Notes: a model not told the origin generated them from the letters alone. A stretch of 64,000 nt of DNA from Desulfosudaceae bacterium (GCA_963674745.2 CAXXDV010000001.1:2304001-2368000); one strand, 5' to 3'. Counted from the first letter of the stretch, positions 18,678-28,019 are shown. Program-made: numbers and translations.

Positions 18678-20451
18678 GGGGGTTGCTGTTTAGTGTAATG
18701 TTAATCCGATATATTTCATAAAGTTTTTTTTCAAGATCAAAAGAGGCGGTTAACAAGCGAGCCTGGCTATGGGAACTGAAAATAATCGGTTGGGCCATTT
18801 CCGGGAAGAAGTTGCCAGTGATTTTCTGCGTTGTTTCGTTTAATGCTAATAGTGATTCCAATTGGTTGTCCGTCTTGATGAGATAGGCCAATGTTTTTCC
18901 ATCAGGGCTGAATATGGGACGGGAAATTGATTCTAGAAGCACCGGCTGCTGTTTGATCTCATATGTTGCTTCTTTGTTGTTCACAACCATTATCAGCTTA
19001 TTGTTATCCATAGCCCGATATGCAAGTTTTTTGGAGTCCGGGCTGAAAACCGGCAACCCCATGGCATCATAAGCCTTTTGGGGTTTTCCGTCTGTTATCA
19101 TGTACCATTTCCCCCGGTTTTGGGCCGGATAAGCGAGCTTTTGTGAATCCGGGCTGAAAATCGGTCTTCCGACGACACCAAAAGGTTTCCCCGCCCGCCC
19201 GTTTTTTACCATGAGCCATTTCCCTTCAGCCATTGCCCGATAAATGAGTGTTTTTGAGTCCGGGCTGAAAACCGGTTCATCAATCATATCATATGCATTA
19301 CCAATTGTCCCGTCATGTATCATTTTCATTTTAACACCAGCAGGTGTCCGGATTACGGCCAAATAGGCATAATGCCGCGAATCCGGACTGAATACCACCA
19401 TGCCGACTCGATCAAAAAGCGGTCCGGTTTTTTTGCCGATGACATTCCGGAACTTTTCCCCTTCAATCCTGGAAAAGGCCATTTGAGACGCGTCCGGGCT
19501 GAAAATCGGCGGTATCAGATGCGGGGCATTAGTGGCAGTGCTGTCCTGAAAAAAGATATTCTGAGGCACAAAATCACCGGCTGGGATTTTGTCGTTGTTG
19601 TCAATTACCCAGAACTTTTTATCTTTGATTGCGATATGGGCGAGATGGACGGAGTCGGAACTCCATGTTAAACCTGCGGCTTTGTCATAAGGTCCTTTTT
19701 TAAAACCATCATGGATAACATACCAGGCGTTGTTTTGTGATACAGAATAGGCTGTTTTTTTTGCGTCAGGACTGAAAGAGATCTCTTTTATGCTGTCAAA
19801 CAACTCGCTTTCTTTTCCGTTGATTATAATCCGGGCGCCTTTTTCCGACTTGTTCCGTGTCAGATATATGATGGACTGGGCGTCCGGGCTGAACACAACA
19901 CCTGTTACCTGGTCGATCATGTCGTATGGCTTCAGCCGGTTACCATTGAGCACCACAAACTGTTTGTTTTTGTCCTGTGCGATAAATACGGCATGCTCAC
20001 CGCTGGGGCTGAATCGCAGGCAGCAGGCACCATCATAACCGATCGATTCTTTACCATCTATTACTACGAAATATTTACCATCCTTGTCGGCGATGTAGCC
20101 GAAACGGTTTCTGGCAGGTGAAAAAATCGGATAGCCTCTGGCGATATGGTCATATACTTTTTCCGCCTTACTATTTATTATCACCCCCATGCCTTTTTCG
20201 CGGGCAACTACATAGGCAATATCGTGCATGTCGGGACTGAAAATTAAAGAGTCCGAATATACCAATGTCCTTTTGGGTTGTTTCGTGAGGAGTTCTGCCT
20301 CAACCAATGGGGTGGCGGGCGATGCAAAGGGCTGTACTCCCGGCAGGCAGACTGAAAACAGGCAGAATATGCACAGCAGGACGGGACGTAAACCGTGTGG
20401 TATGTCATTCCACCAGCCGTTGCCTTCTGATTTAATGTCTTTTTTTATCAT
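18661..20451 (-). CDS. Exported WD40/TolB-like beta-propeller repeat protein
   Basis: About 13 repeats of roughly 38 aa carrying FSPD-like motifs; N-terminal hydrophobic signal-like segment. Confidence 0.85.
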   Translation of the reverse strand: MIKKDIKSEGNGWWNDIPHGLRPVLLCIFCLFSVCLPGVQPFASPATPLVEAELLTKQPKRTLVYSDSLIFSPDMHDIAYVVAREKGMGVIINSKAEKVYDHIARGYPIFSPARNRFGYIADKDGKYFVVIDGKESIGYDGACCLRFSPSGEHAVFIAQDKNKQFVVLNGNRLKPYDMIDQVTGVVFSPDAQSIIYLTRNKSEKGARIIINGKESELFDSIKEISFSPDAKKTAYSVSQNNAWYVIHDGFKKGPYDKAAGLTWSSDSVHLAHIAIKDKKFWVIDNNDKIPAGDFVPQNIFFQDSTATNAPHLIPPIFSPDASQMAFSRIEGEKFRNVIGKKTGPLFDRVGMVVFSPDSRHYAYLAVIRTPAGVKMKMIHDGTIGNAYDMIDEPVFSPDSKTLIYRAMAEGKWLMVKNGRAGKPFGVVGRPIFSPDSQKLAYPAQNRGKWYMITDGKPQKAYDAMGLPVFSPDSKKLAYRAMDNNKLIMVVNNKEATYEIKQQPVLLESISRPIFSPDGKTLAYLIKTDNQLESLLALNETTQKITGNFFPEMAQPIIFSSHSQARLLTASFDLEKKLYEIYRINITLNSNPHENRP

Positions 20452-20476
20452 GGGCGTGTTTGAATAGATGAAGTTC

Positions 20477-21160
20477 TTAATCGTTCATGGTGTAGCATTC
20501 CCTGATGCTTTCCGTGAGGGTCTGGCTCATATAGTCGGCAATGTTACGGTCATAAACGGCAGTATGTTCAAACGTTTTTTGGGCCATTAAATAGCGGGTA
20601 TTAAGAGAAATTTTTCCTTCTGTGCGTGTCATTTCGTCCAGAACGGTGGTGTAGTCATCGGGATTGACCACCGGTGTGACCCGGATAAAATTCTTTGCTG
20701 CCGCCCGCAGCATACAGGGGCCGCCGATATCGATGTTGCCCCGGGCCTGCTCGGGTGTGACATCCGGTTGCGCAATGGTACGGGCAAAGGGGTAGAGGTT
20801 CACCACTACCATATCGATGGTGATGGCGCCGGTACGTGCCATATCTCGGATGTGGTCAGCGTTGTATGTTTCCGTAAGCAGACCAAGATAGATTTTAAAA
20901 TCAAGGGTTTTTACCAGGCCGCCCTGCGTCTCCGGTTGCCCGGTATAGTCTGCGACCTGGGTCAGTCGCGATTCGGATTTTTCCCCCAAAAATTTTTGAA
21001 TGGCTGAAAATGTACCCCCGGTGGAAAGAATATTAATGTTCGGATTGATATTGATAAGGCCTGATACAAAACCATCCAATCCGGTTTTGTCTGAAACACT
21101 GACCAGCAGATTGTTGATTGGAATCAGGTCGTCTATACGGCTGACAACGTTAATGCTCAT
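20477..21160 (-). CDS. Stand-alone IMP cyclohydrolase (PurH N-terminal MGS-like domain)
   Basis: LVSVSDKTGL, STGGT, VKTL, VVNLYPF and IDIGGP..LRAAAKN motifs; ends at 227 aa with no AICAR transformylase domain. Confidence 0.88.
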   Translation of the reverse strand: MSINVVSRIDDLIPINNLLVSVSDKTGLDGFVSGLININPNINILSTGGTFSAIQKFLGEKSESRLTQVADYTGQPETQGGLVKTLDFKIYLGLLTETYNADHIRDMARTGAITIDMVVVNLYPFARTIAQPDVTPEQARGNIDIGGPCMLRAAAKNFIRVTPVVNPDDYTTVLDEMTRTEGKISLNTRYLMAQKTFEHTAVYDRNIADYMSQTLTESIRECYTMND

Positions 21161-21299
21161 GGTCGTTTACCTCCATAGTTTCGTACTTAGTAAGGATGAT
21201 ATGCGTTCCTGTGATTCTTTTCTGATGTTACCGCAAAAGCATGGTTGACTGCGAGCTGTTTTTTTAATATCAGACTATTCCTGCCGATTTTTACTATTT

Positions 21300-21380
21300 T
21301 GTACTGTTAAATAGGACAGTGTCTAATTATTTAGGACAAACTATCGGTTTTTTATCGTGCCTGTTAAACGGTACAGGACA
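21300..21380. promoter_or_regulatory. Three putative enhancer (bEBP) binding sites, TGTN-N11-GACA
   Basis: TGTACTGTTAAATAGGACA (21300-21318), TGTCTAATTATTTAGGACA (21320-21338), TGTTAAACGGTACAGGACA (21362-21380), upstream of a sigma-54 motif. Confidence 0.65.
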
Positions 21381-21483
21381 AATCTTAATTTTCATGGGCT
21401 AAGTTACGCCTCTGGGTTTAATTTTGTGAAATTATTTCAGCATTTTATTTTTTTATTAACAAAACGGGGTTTTTACCATTCAT

Positions 21484-21499
21484 TGGCCCGGTAATTGCT
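21484..21499 (+). promoter_or_regulatory. Sigma-54 (-24/-12) promoter
   Basis: TGGCCCG-GTAA-TTGCT against consensus TGGCACG-N4-TTGCW, exact spacing, one mismatch. Confidence 0.75.
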
Positions 21500-21509
21500 T
21501 TAGATATTC

Positions 21510-21753
21510 GAAAGATTACCTGCCCAGCCAGGTATGAGAAAATTAATAAAGAGGTGTTAATTAAGTTATTCAGGAAGCCTGTTAGCCGCGTTTGCCTGCC
21601 GCCAAGGCTTCCTTATTGTACGGTGTGTCTGATTCGTTCATCAGCATCTCCCCAGGTGCTACCGGCACCCCCCCCTCCTCCAGCCGGGTGAGTGAATCAG
21701 GCCACCTACACTTTATAAGCTGTTGCGTATTCCGATACGCAACAGCTTTTTTG
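21510..21753 (+). ncRNA. Candidate structured sRNA (about 240 nt) with C-rich loops
   Basis: Bounded by a sigma-54 motif and a + strand intrinsic terminator; both flanking CDSs are on the minus strand; several strong stems. Confidence 0.7.
21717..21753 (+). terminator. Rho-independent terminator
   Basis: Perfect 14-bp stem AAGCTGTTGCGTAT-tccg-ATACGCAACAGCTT followed by a T-rich tail on the + strand only. Confidence 0.88.
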
Positions 21754-21803
21754 TTTTATGGCTTCGTAAAAAGTCCAAAACAACCCCTTGAATCCTTTTG
21801 TAA

Positions 21804-22445
21804 TTAAGCTTTGCCTTCGTATTCAGTCAGGAAGCGGCTGAAAAATCGTTCCATGAATTCGTGACGGGCCTGGGCCATTTCCCGGCCGCTTGCCGTCAGC
21901 ATTCTGTCTTTGACCCAGCGGAGCTTGACCCGGTATTCCCGGTAGCCGGTATCGTTTTCCGAATATGACGGAACCCGCTCCACGTTGATATCCGGATTGT
22001 GCAGGCAGGCGCCCAGTTCCCCGGCGAAAAGGTAGGCTCTGGCAATGCCGATGGCGCCGATGGCATCCAGTTTATCGGCGTCGAATACGACCTTCGCTTC
22101 CGGGGTTTCAGGTTCAGGCGGTTTCCGAAAACGATGCGAGGCAATGCAGTGAACAATGTTGTTTTTTCGGGCCTCAGAAAAAGGGAATTTCTCCAGTATG
22201 GCCTGGGCCATCTGGGCCCCTTTTTGAGCATGGCATATGGAACCATTGGCACTGTCCTGGTAGCAGCGGCCGATGTCGTGCAACAAGGCCCCGGCCACCG
22301 CTACTTCCAGATCAACCCCTTCGAGAGCGCCAAGGGTTTTTGTCAGGTTCACGACACGTCTTGTGTGTTCCCAATCGTGGCTGCCCCGACCGGCCAGAAA
22401 ATTTTTTTTGGCGATTTCGGCAATGGCCGATTCATGTTTTGTCAT
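21804..22445 (-). CDS. HD-domain metal-dependent phosphohydrolase
   Basis: SHDWEH..RV, LLHDIG, HRF and DADKLDAIGAIG motifs. Confidence 0.92.
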   Translation of the reverse strand: MTKHESAIAEIAKKNFLAGRGSHDWEHTRRVVNLTKTLGALEGVDLEVAVAGALLHDIGRCYQDSANGSICHAQKGAQMAQAILEKFPFSEARKNNIVHCIASHRFRKPPEPETPEAKVVFDADKLDAIGAIGIARAYLFAGELGACLHNPDINVERVPSYSENDTGYREYRVKLRWVKDRMLTASGREMAQARHEFMERFFSRFLTEYEGKA

Positions 22446-23370
22446 GGGCCGTAAGTGACCGGAAATACGTGGCGTCGTTTTTTTCTATCGCTTCCAAATG
22501 GTTTTCTGAAAGCAGATTCGGGATCTGTTTTTGAATTTTTTCCATCGGCACTCTCAGGCCTGCGGCCATATCTTCTATTGTTACCGGTCGACGCGCCGCC
22601 ATTTCCAGGATAGCCGGCACAATATCAAGGCTGGAATCGTCGGATACGGTGGAAAAAACAGTGTCCCGTTGCCGATTCATCCCCAATACGTCATAAAAAT
22701 AGTCGATCATGTCTTCACCGGCCTGCTTGGCTTCAGCCTCCGGAGCCGGTCGGACCGTAGTGTTGATATAAATGTCCGTCGGGGTGATTTTATCCACCAG
22801 GGGTTTGAAACGGGCGGCATCTTCTGTTGAGGCGTTAACGCCGTCCATGATTAATATTTCCAGCCATAAGCGACCGGAGAAACAGTCCGCGAATTCAGCC
22901 AGACCTTCAAACATCCGGTCAAACCCGATATCCTTGTGCGGCCGGTTGATGGTCTCAAACAACCCCGGGTTATGGGCATCGAGTGACGGCACCACGATAT
23001 CGGCTGCCATCAGCGCTTCGCGGACAGCTGCTTCTGACAGTAGCGAACTGTTGGTCAGTACAGCTACCGGTAATTCCGTCCGTTTTTTTATGCCTCGAAT
23101 TACGGCCCCGAGGTTACTGTTGAGGGTGGGCTCGCCGGATCCCGCAATGGTGATGCAGTCGGCCTTTACGCCCCGGTCCAGGGTTTGCTCAAGTTGCGAA
23201 AAAACTTCCGCGGTGTCTCTGTACGGGCGTCTTTTTGTCGTTTTTGCGGTTGTCCTGCCCAGCTGACAATAGATACAGTCATAAGTGCAGATCTTGGCCG
23301 GAAGCAGATCAATACCCAGAGAGCGCCCCAGCCGCCTGGACGGAACAGGCCCATAGATACAGGTCTTCAT
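22432..23370 (-). CDS. Radical SAM protein of unknown function
   Basis: YGPVPSRRLGRSLG start, CTYDCIYC cluster motif, GSGEPTL. Confidence 0.92.
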   Translation of the reverse strand: MKTCIYGPVPSRRLGRSLGIDLLPAKICTYDCIYCQLGRTTAKTTKRRPYRDTAEVFSQLEQTLDRGVKADCITIAGSGEPTLNSNLGAVIRGIKKRTELPVAVLTNSSLLSEAAVREALMAADIVVPSLDAHNPGLFETINRPHKDIGFDRMFEGLAEFADCFSGRLWLEILIMDGVNASTEDAARFKPLVDKITPTDIYINTTVRPAPEAEAKQAGEDMIDYFYDVLGMNRQRDTVFSTVSDDSSLDIVPAILEMAARRPVTIEDMAAGLRVPMEKIQKQIPNLLSENHLEAIEKNDATYFRSLTAHDKT

Positions 23371-23378
23371 AGGCTACC

Positions 23379-23795
23379 TTACTTTAAGGCCGACTGGTAA
23401 GCTTCATCAATACGGGCCTGTACATAATTTACCAGCGCGTCATCTTTTTCTTCAATATCAAAACAATGACCGTCTTCTCCGAGCAGGCCGCCGGGAATAA
23501 GATCTCCCAGCTCATCCGGGTCGGTGATCATCTCTCCGTAAAAACAGACCGACAGCCACCGGTTTTGCGGGTCATCATCAATAACGTCCACCATGACGAA
23601 AAGTTCTCTGTCCTGGCCAGGTGTTGCCGCCCGCAGTGAATAGCTGACGCCCGGGCGGGCTTTGAATGCCAGCAGCGCCTGCTCTTTTCCTTCCAGATGT
23701 TGTTTCATGCTGTCGAAAACACCACGCGTACCGCTGGGTGTCTCCTGCCAGGAATTAATAAATTCGGCTAACGCTTTTTGTTCGGTTTCATCCAT
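23379..23795 (-). CDS. Hypothetical protein
   Basis: 138-aa acidic ORF with GAGGAG RBS, tightly packed in the rsmA operon. Confidence 0.8.
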   Translation of the reverse strand: MDETEQKALAEFINSWQETPSGTRGVFDSMKQHLEGKEQALLAFKARPGVSYSLRAATPGQDRELFVMVDVIDDDPQNRWLSVCFYGEMITDPDELGDLIPGGLLGEDGHCFDIEEKDDALVNYVQARIDEAYQSALK

Positions 23796-23815
23796 TATGA
23801 CTTCTCCTCGTTCGT

Positions 23816-24676
23816 TTATCGGGTTCTATCCCTGGTCAGTTCTTTATAATATTTGCATATATCAAGATAATCGGGTGCGTCAAGGACTTCCGCTCGATCA
23901 TTTCCGTTAATACCGGACTGCCGCAGGATCTGTTCCCAGACCGAAGCAGGGATTTCCGGCTTCCCGGTGGTCAATGCGTTTTTGATGGTTTTCCGCCTTT
24001 TGGCAAAAGCGATTTTGATGATTTCAAAGAGCAGGTCATCCTCGCAGTCACCGTTTTTTATGGGTTGATTAAAACGGATGGCAACCACGGCTGAAGCGAC
24101 TTTCGGTTTTGGGAAAAACAGGTCTTTTTTAACCCGCATCACTGATTTGACGGTGGCGCAATAACGCAGCATAACCGATAGGCGGCCGTAAGTTTTATTG
24201 CCCGGCAGGGCGGTGATACGGTCGGCCAGCTCCTGTTGAAACATGAGTACGGCTCGATCAATGTATCGGCGGGACCGGATAAGGCGGACAAGGATCTGAG
24301 AGGAGATATAGTAAGGCAGATTTCCAAGAACCACCAGTCGCTGTCCCGTTTTCTCATAGAGTCGGGCCAGATCCACGTCCATGAAACTGCGGTTGATGAT
24401 GGTGATATTATCAAGATCGTTTTCCTGTGTCATCTCGGTCAGCAGGCCAACCAGCCGCCGGTCTGTTTCAATGGCAAAAACCGTTGCCGCCGTGCGGGCC
24501 GCCGCAAATGTCAGGGCACCTGTGCCTGACCCGATTTCGACCACGGTGTCAGACGGGTTTATGCAGGCGTGACGTACAATCGCCTCGGCTGCCTGAGGGT
24601 CACAGAGAAAATTCTGCCCCAGACTCTGTTTGGGGCGGATATCCCGGCTGGCCAGAAGGGCTCTGGGTGATGCCAT
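23816..24676 (-). CDS. rsmA: 16S rRNA m6,2A1518/1519 dimethyltransferase
   Basis: K.LGQNFL, VEIGSGTGALT, GNLPYYISS, YGRLSV and F.PKPKV.S motifs. Confidence 0.96.
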   Translation of the reverse strand: MASPRALLASRDIRPKQSLGQNFLCDPQAAEAIVRHACINPSDTVVEIGSGTGALTFAAARTAATVFAIETDRRLVGLLTEMTQENDLDNITIINRSFMDVDLARLYEKTGQRLVVLGNLPYYISSQILVRLIRSRRYIDRAVLMFQQELADRITALPGNKTYGRLSVMLRYCATVKSVMRVKKDLFFPKPKVASAVVAIRFNQPIKNGDCEDDLLFEIIKIAFAKRRKTIKNALTTGKPEIPASVWEQILRQSGINGNDRAEVLDAPDYLDICKYYKELTRDRTR

Positions 24677-24838
24677 GATGTGCTTACCTTGTCTCTACAG
24701 GGGCCCGAATCTTAGTAGCAGCCCGGTGTCTCGCCAAATTTGAAAAGGCGCAATCTTACGCCATTTCATCCTTGACGAGACTCTAGCATGTTTGCGGCGG
24801 CCTTTCAATCGGGGCAATTTCGTCTGACTATTTAAAAC

Positions 24839-24891
24839 TTGACAATTATCGGCCGGGTAAGATAACATACATTTTTTTGAACAAACGTTCA
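24839..24891 (+). promoter_or_regulatory. Putative sigma-70 promoter with a downstream palindromic operator
   Basis: TTGACA-N18-TAACAT, then TGAAC-AAAC-GTTCA (24878-24891), ahead of the acyl-CoA dehydrogenase RBS AGGAGG. Confidence 0.5.
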
Positions 24892-24958
24892 GTTTTTGTT
24901 TTTCTTTTTAAATACAAACAATTAAGGAAAAAAGCAAAATCAAAAGGAGGATGGTATT

Positions 24959-26773
24959 ATGGCACAACAATTGGCTGACAGACGGGACATGGATTTCGTC
25001 ATGTGGGAACAGCTTGGGGGTGAGGATTATATTAAAAAGTTCGGGTCCAAGGAGTTCAACAAAAAGACCTGTGACATGATTTTAAGCGAAGCCCGGACAC
25101 TGGCCATCAAGGAAATTCTGCCGAGTCTGAGCGAGAGTGACACCGAAGGGCTCAAGTTTGACGCGGGTGTTGTCAAGGTCCCGGAATCGTTTCATCGACT
25201 TCGGCACCTGCTGCTGGAAGGCGAATGGCAGAACCTTCAAGTCGAGGAAGAGATGGGCGGCCAGGGTGCGCCGGCTTTTCTGGCGGCCGCGGTCAGCGAA
25301 TATTTCATGGCCGCCAACTGGCCGCTTTATACCTATGTTACGCTGGGCTGCAGCACGGCCGGTATGATCTATCGCCACGGCACTGAGGAGCAGAAAAAAT
25401 TATATCTGGATAAACTGATTTCCGGTGAATGGGGCGGTACCATGGCCCTGACCGAGCCCAATGCCGGTACCGACGTGGGCGCCCTGGAAACCTCGGCCGT
25501 TAAAAACGAAGACGGCACCTATTCGATAAGCGGTAACAAGATCTTTATTACCAACGCCGAACAGGATCTGACCGAAAACATCATTAATCCGGTGCTGGCC
25601 CGTATTGAAGGCCATGAGCCCGGTACCAAAGGGATATCCATTTTCATCGTTCCCAAGTTCCTGGTCAACCCGGACGGCAGCCTGGGGGAAAGAAATGATA
25701 TCGTCTGCACCGGTGTCGAGGAAAAGCAGGGCATTCATGCCAGCGCCACCTGCAGCCTCAGTATGGGCTCCAAGGGCAAGTGCATCGGCTTTCTGCTGGG
25801 CGAGGAAAAAAAGGGCATGCGGATCATGTTTGAAATGATGAATGAGGCTCGTATGGCCACCGGTCTGCAGGCCTTTGCCTATTCTTCGGCTGCCTACATG
25901 ATTGCCGTTAACTATGCCCGGGAGCGGATTCAGAGCAAAGAGATCACCAGCTTTAATGACCCCAACGCGCCCTCGGTCGCGATTATCAAACATCCGGATG
26001 TACGCCGCAATCTGCTCTGGATGAAATCCCTGGTGGATGGTATGCGCAGTTTCTTCTACTATACCAGCATATTGGGCCAGAAAGCCTTGAGAGCCACGGA
26101 TGAGGCGGAAAAAGAGTTCTGTCACGACATGTTCGAGCTGCTGACCCCGCTGATCAAGGAATATTTGTCGGTCAAGGGATTTGACGTCTGCGTGCAGGCC
26201 ATGCAGGTCATGGGCGGTTCCGGTTATATTAAAGAATACCTGGTCGAGCAGTATGTCCGGGATTGCAATATCACCTCTATTTACGAAGGCTGCAGTGGTG
26301 TTCAGGCCATGGATCTGCTGGGCCGCAAGATGACCATGAAAAAAGGCCAGGTGTTTACCACCTTCCTGGGAGAGGTCAACAAGACCATTGCCAAGGCCAA
26401 GGAAATCGACGCCACCAAAGCGATGGCCGAACAGCTTGAGAAAGCCGCCAACCGTCTGGGTGAAGTGGCGATGCATCTAGGCGCCACGGCCATGGAAGGG
26501 AAAATCAAGGAAGCCTTTGCCCATTCCCTGCCGTATCTCCATGCCATGGGTGATGTCATCATGGGCTGGATGTTGCTGTGGCGGGCGATTACAGCCGCAC
26601 CGAAAGTGGAAGGTGCCAAGAAATCCGATGCTGCTTTCTATGAAGGCCAGGTTAAAACGGCTGATTTTTTCATTAACACCGTGCTTTACCAGACCATGGG
26701 GGCCATGGATTCCATTCAGGCCACCTGCGCGGCCGCCATCGAGATTCCCGATGACGGTTTCGGCGGACTGTAA
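24959..26773 (+). CDS. Acyl-CoA dehydrogenase (long, about 600-aa subfamily)
   Basis: GTMALTEPNAGTDVG, GNKIFIT, MNEAR, GGSGYI.EY and IYEG motifs. Confidence 0.96.
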   Translation: MAQQLADRRDMDFVMWEQLGGEDYIKKFGSKEFNKKTCDMILSEARTLAIKEILPSLSESDTEGLKFDAGVVKVPESFHRLRHLLLEGEWQNLQVEEEMGGQGAPAFLAAAVSEYFMAANWPLYTYVTLGCSTAGMIYRHGTEEQKKLYLDKLISGEWGGTMALTEPNAGTDVGALETSAVKNEDGTYSISGNKIFITNAEQDLTENIINPVLARIEGHEPGTKGISIFIVPKFLVNPDGSLGERNDIVCTGVEEKQGIHASATCSLSMGSKGKCIGFLLGEEKKGMRIMFEMMNEARMATGLQAFAYSSAAYMIAVNYARERIQSKEITSFNDPNAPSVAIIKHPDVRRNLLWMKSLVDGMRSFFYYTSILGQKALRATDEAEKEFCHDMFELLTPLIKEYLSVKGFDVCVQAMQVMGGSGYIKEYLVEQYVRDCNITSIYEGCSGVQAMDLLGRKMTMKKGQVFTTFLGEVNKTIAKAKEIDATKAMAEQLEKAANRLGEVAMHLGATAMEGKIKEAFAHSLPYLHAMGDVIMGWMLLWRAITAAPKVEGAKKSDAAFYEGQVKTADFFINTVLYQTMGAMDSIQATCAAAIEIPDDGFGGL

Positions 26774-26797
26774 AATCAATAAGCAGCGATAAGCAAG

Positions 26798-27922
26798 ATG
26801 ATGAACCATAAGGGGGCAGACCGGGCCGAACAACCCGGCTGCCCCCTTTTTTGTCCCGGGTGCCACGACAGGCAACGTTCGCCGGAAGAACGGCTGGCTG
26901 AAAAAGTGCGGTTCATGACAACGGTTCTGTCGCCCTGGCAGGACCGCATCGCAACCGTGCGGGAGGCCGATTTCGACCGTCGCCGGGGTTACCGTGAAAA
27001 AGTCTGCCTGTCCGCCCAATGGCGGGACCAAGGCTGGCAGCTGGGCTTTATTAAACGACAGCAACTGGTTCCTGTCCACCACTGCCCTCAGCATACGTCA
27101 CGCGTCAACGACACCTTGAATCTTCTGGCCGGTGTGCTGCCGCCGGCTGAAAAATTCCCTCTGGCCTTTTATCTGCAGTCCGGTGCGCAGGTGACACTGG
27201 TGGTTAAAGACCGTCACATGCCGGATATGTCCTGGCTGAATGCCGAAGTAAAGGATGGTCTGCAAAGCATGGGCAATGACGGTTTGTGGCTGCACCTGCA
27301 CCCATCAACCGGTCGCCGGGTGACGGCCAAAAACAAATGGCACCTGGTCTGGGGCAAGCCCCGCTCGACCGACAGGACCGGACTGGTTTACGGCCCGACC
27401 GCTTTTCAGCAACTGCTTCCGGAACTGGCCCGGGCGGCCCTGGATGTCGCGGAAACACACCTGTCGCTGAAAAGAAATGATTTTGTCCTGGATTTGTATT
27501 GCGGTATCGGCAGCAGTCTGCGACGGTGGAACCGGGAGGAATGCCGGGTGGTCGGGGTCGAGATCAATGGCGAAAGTGTGGACTGCGCACGGACCAATGC
27601 GCCGGCCGCAACCATATTAATAGGTGCCGGCCGGCACCGATTGCCCCAGTTAATGGAAATGCTTCCGCCGAACAGGGATCAGCGCCTGCTCTACGCCAAT
27701 CCCCCGCGCATGGGTATCGAGCCCGAGATAATGGACTGGATCGTGGATGGGTTCAGGCCACGCCGCATTGCCTGTCTGTCATGTAACGCCGTCAGCTTGA
27801 AAAAAGATATGAAGCGACTGACCGGCGCCGGATACAAGGTGGCACAAATCGTCCCTTATGATTTTTTCCCGGGAACGCGGTACCTGGAAATGATGGCACT
27901 CCTTATATCTAAAGGGAAATAA
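26798..27922 (+). CDS. RlmD/TrmA-family RNA (uracil-5-)methyltransferase
   Basis: AFQQ, LDLYCGIG, NPPR.G, LSCN (catalytic Cys) and DFFPGT..LE motifs; N-terminal Cys cluster. Confidence 0.85.
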   Translation: MMNHKGADRAEQPGCPLFCPGCHDRQRSPEERLAEKVRFMTTVLSPWQDRIATVREADFDRRRGYREKVCLSAQWRDQGWQLGFIKRQQLVPVHHCPQHTSRVNDTLNLLAGVLPPAEKFPLAFYLQSGAQVTLVVKDRHMPDMSWLNAEVKDGLQSMGNDGLWLHLHPSTGRRVTAKNKWHLVWGKPRSTDRTGLVYGPTAFQQLLPELARAALDVAETHLSLKRNDFVLDLYCGIGSSLRRWNREECRVVGVEINGESVDCARTNAPAATILIGAGRHRLPQLMEMLPPNRDQRLLYANPPRMGIEPEIMDWIVDGFRPRRIACLSCNAVSLKKDMKRLTGAGYKVAQIVPYDFFPGTRYLEMMALLISKGK

Positions 27923-28019
27923 TTATAATTGACGAGACACCGGCCAGGCAGCGCTTGTCCGTGGTCTACAAACGCAGAAAATATTTCCCGGGGACAGAAG
28001 ATTATTGTATTTTAAAAAC

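Noticed and set aside
21758..21778. ATGGCTTCGTAAAAAGTCC as an IS/MITE end
   Set aside because: It looks like a terminal repeat, but no partner IR or transposase is visible, so it cannot be supported as a feature
21592..21807. 71-aa + strand ORF within the candidate sRNA
   Set aside because: TTG start without an SD, and it runs through the terminator hairpin
25400..26476. 358-aa antisense ORF, and many similar shadow ORFs in the track
   Set aside because: It lies wholly opposite a well-supported acyl-CoA dehydrogenase and has no recognisable motifs; typical codon-bias artefact
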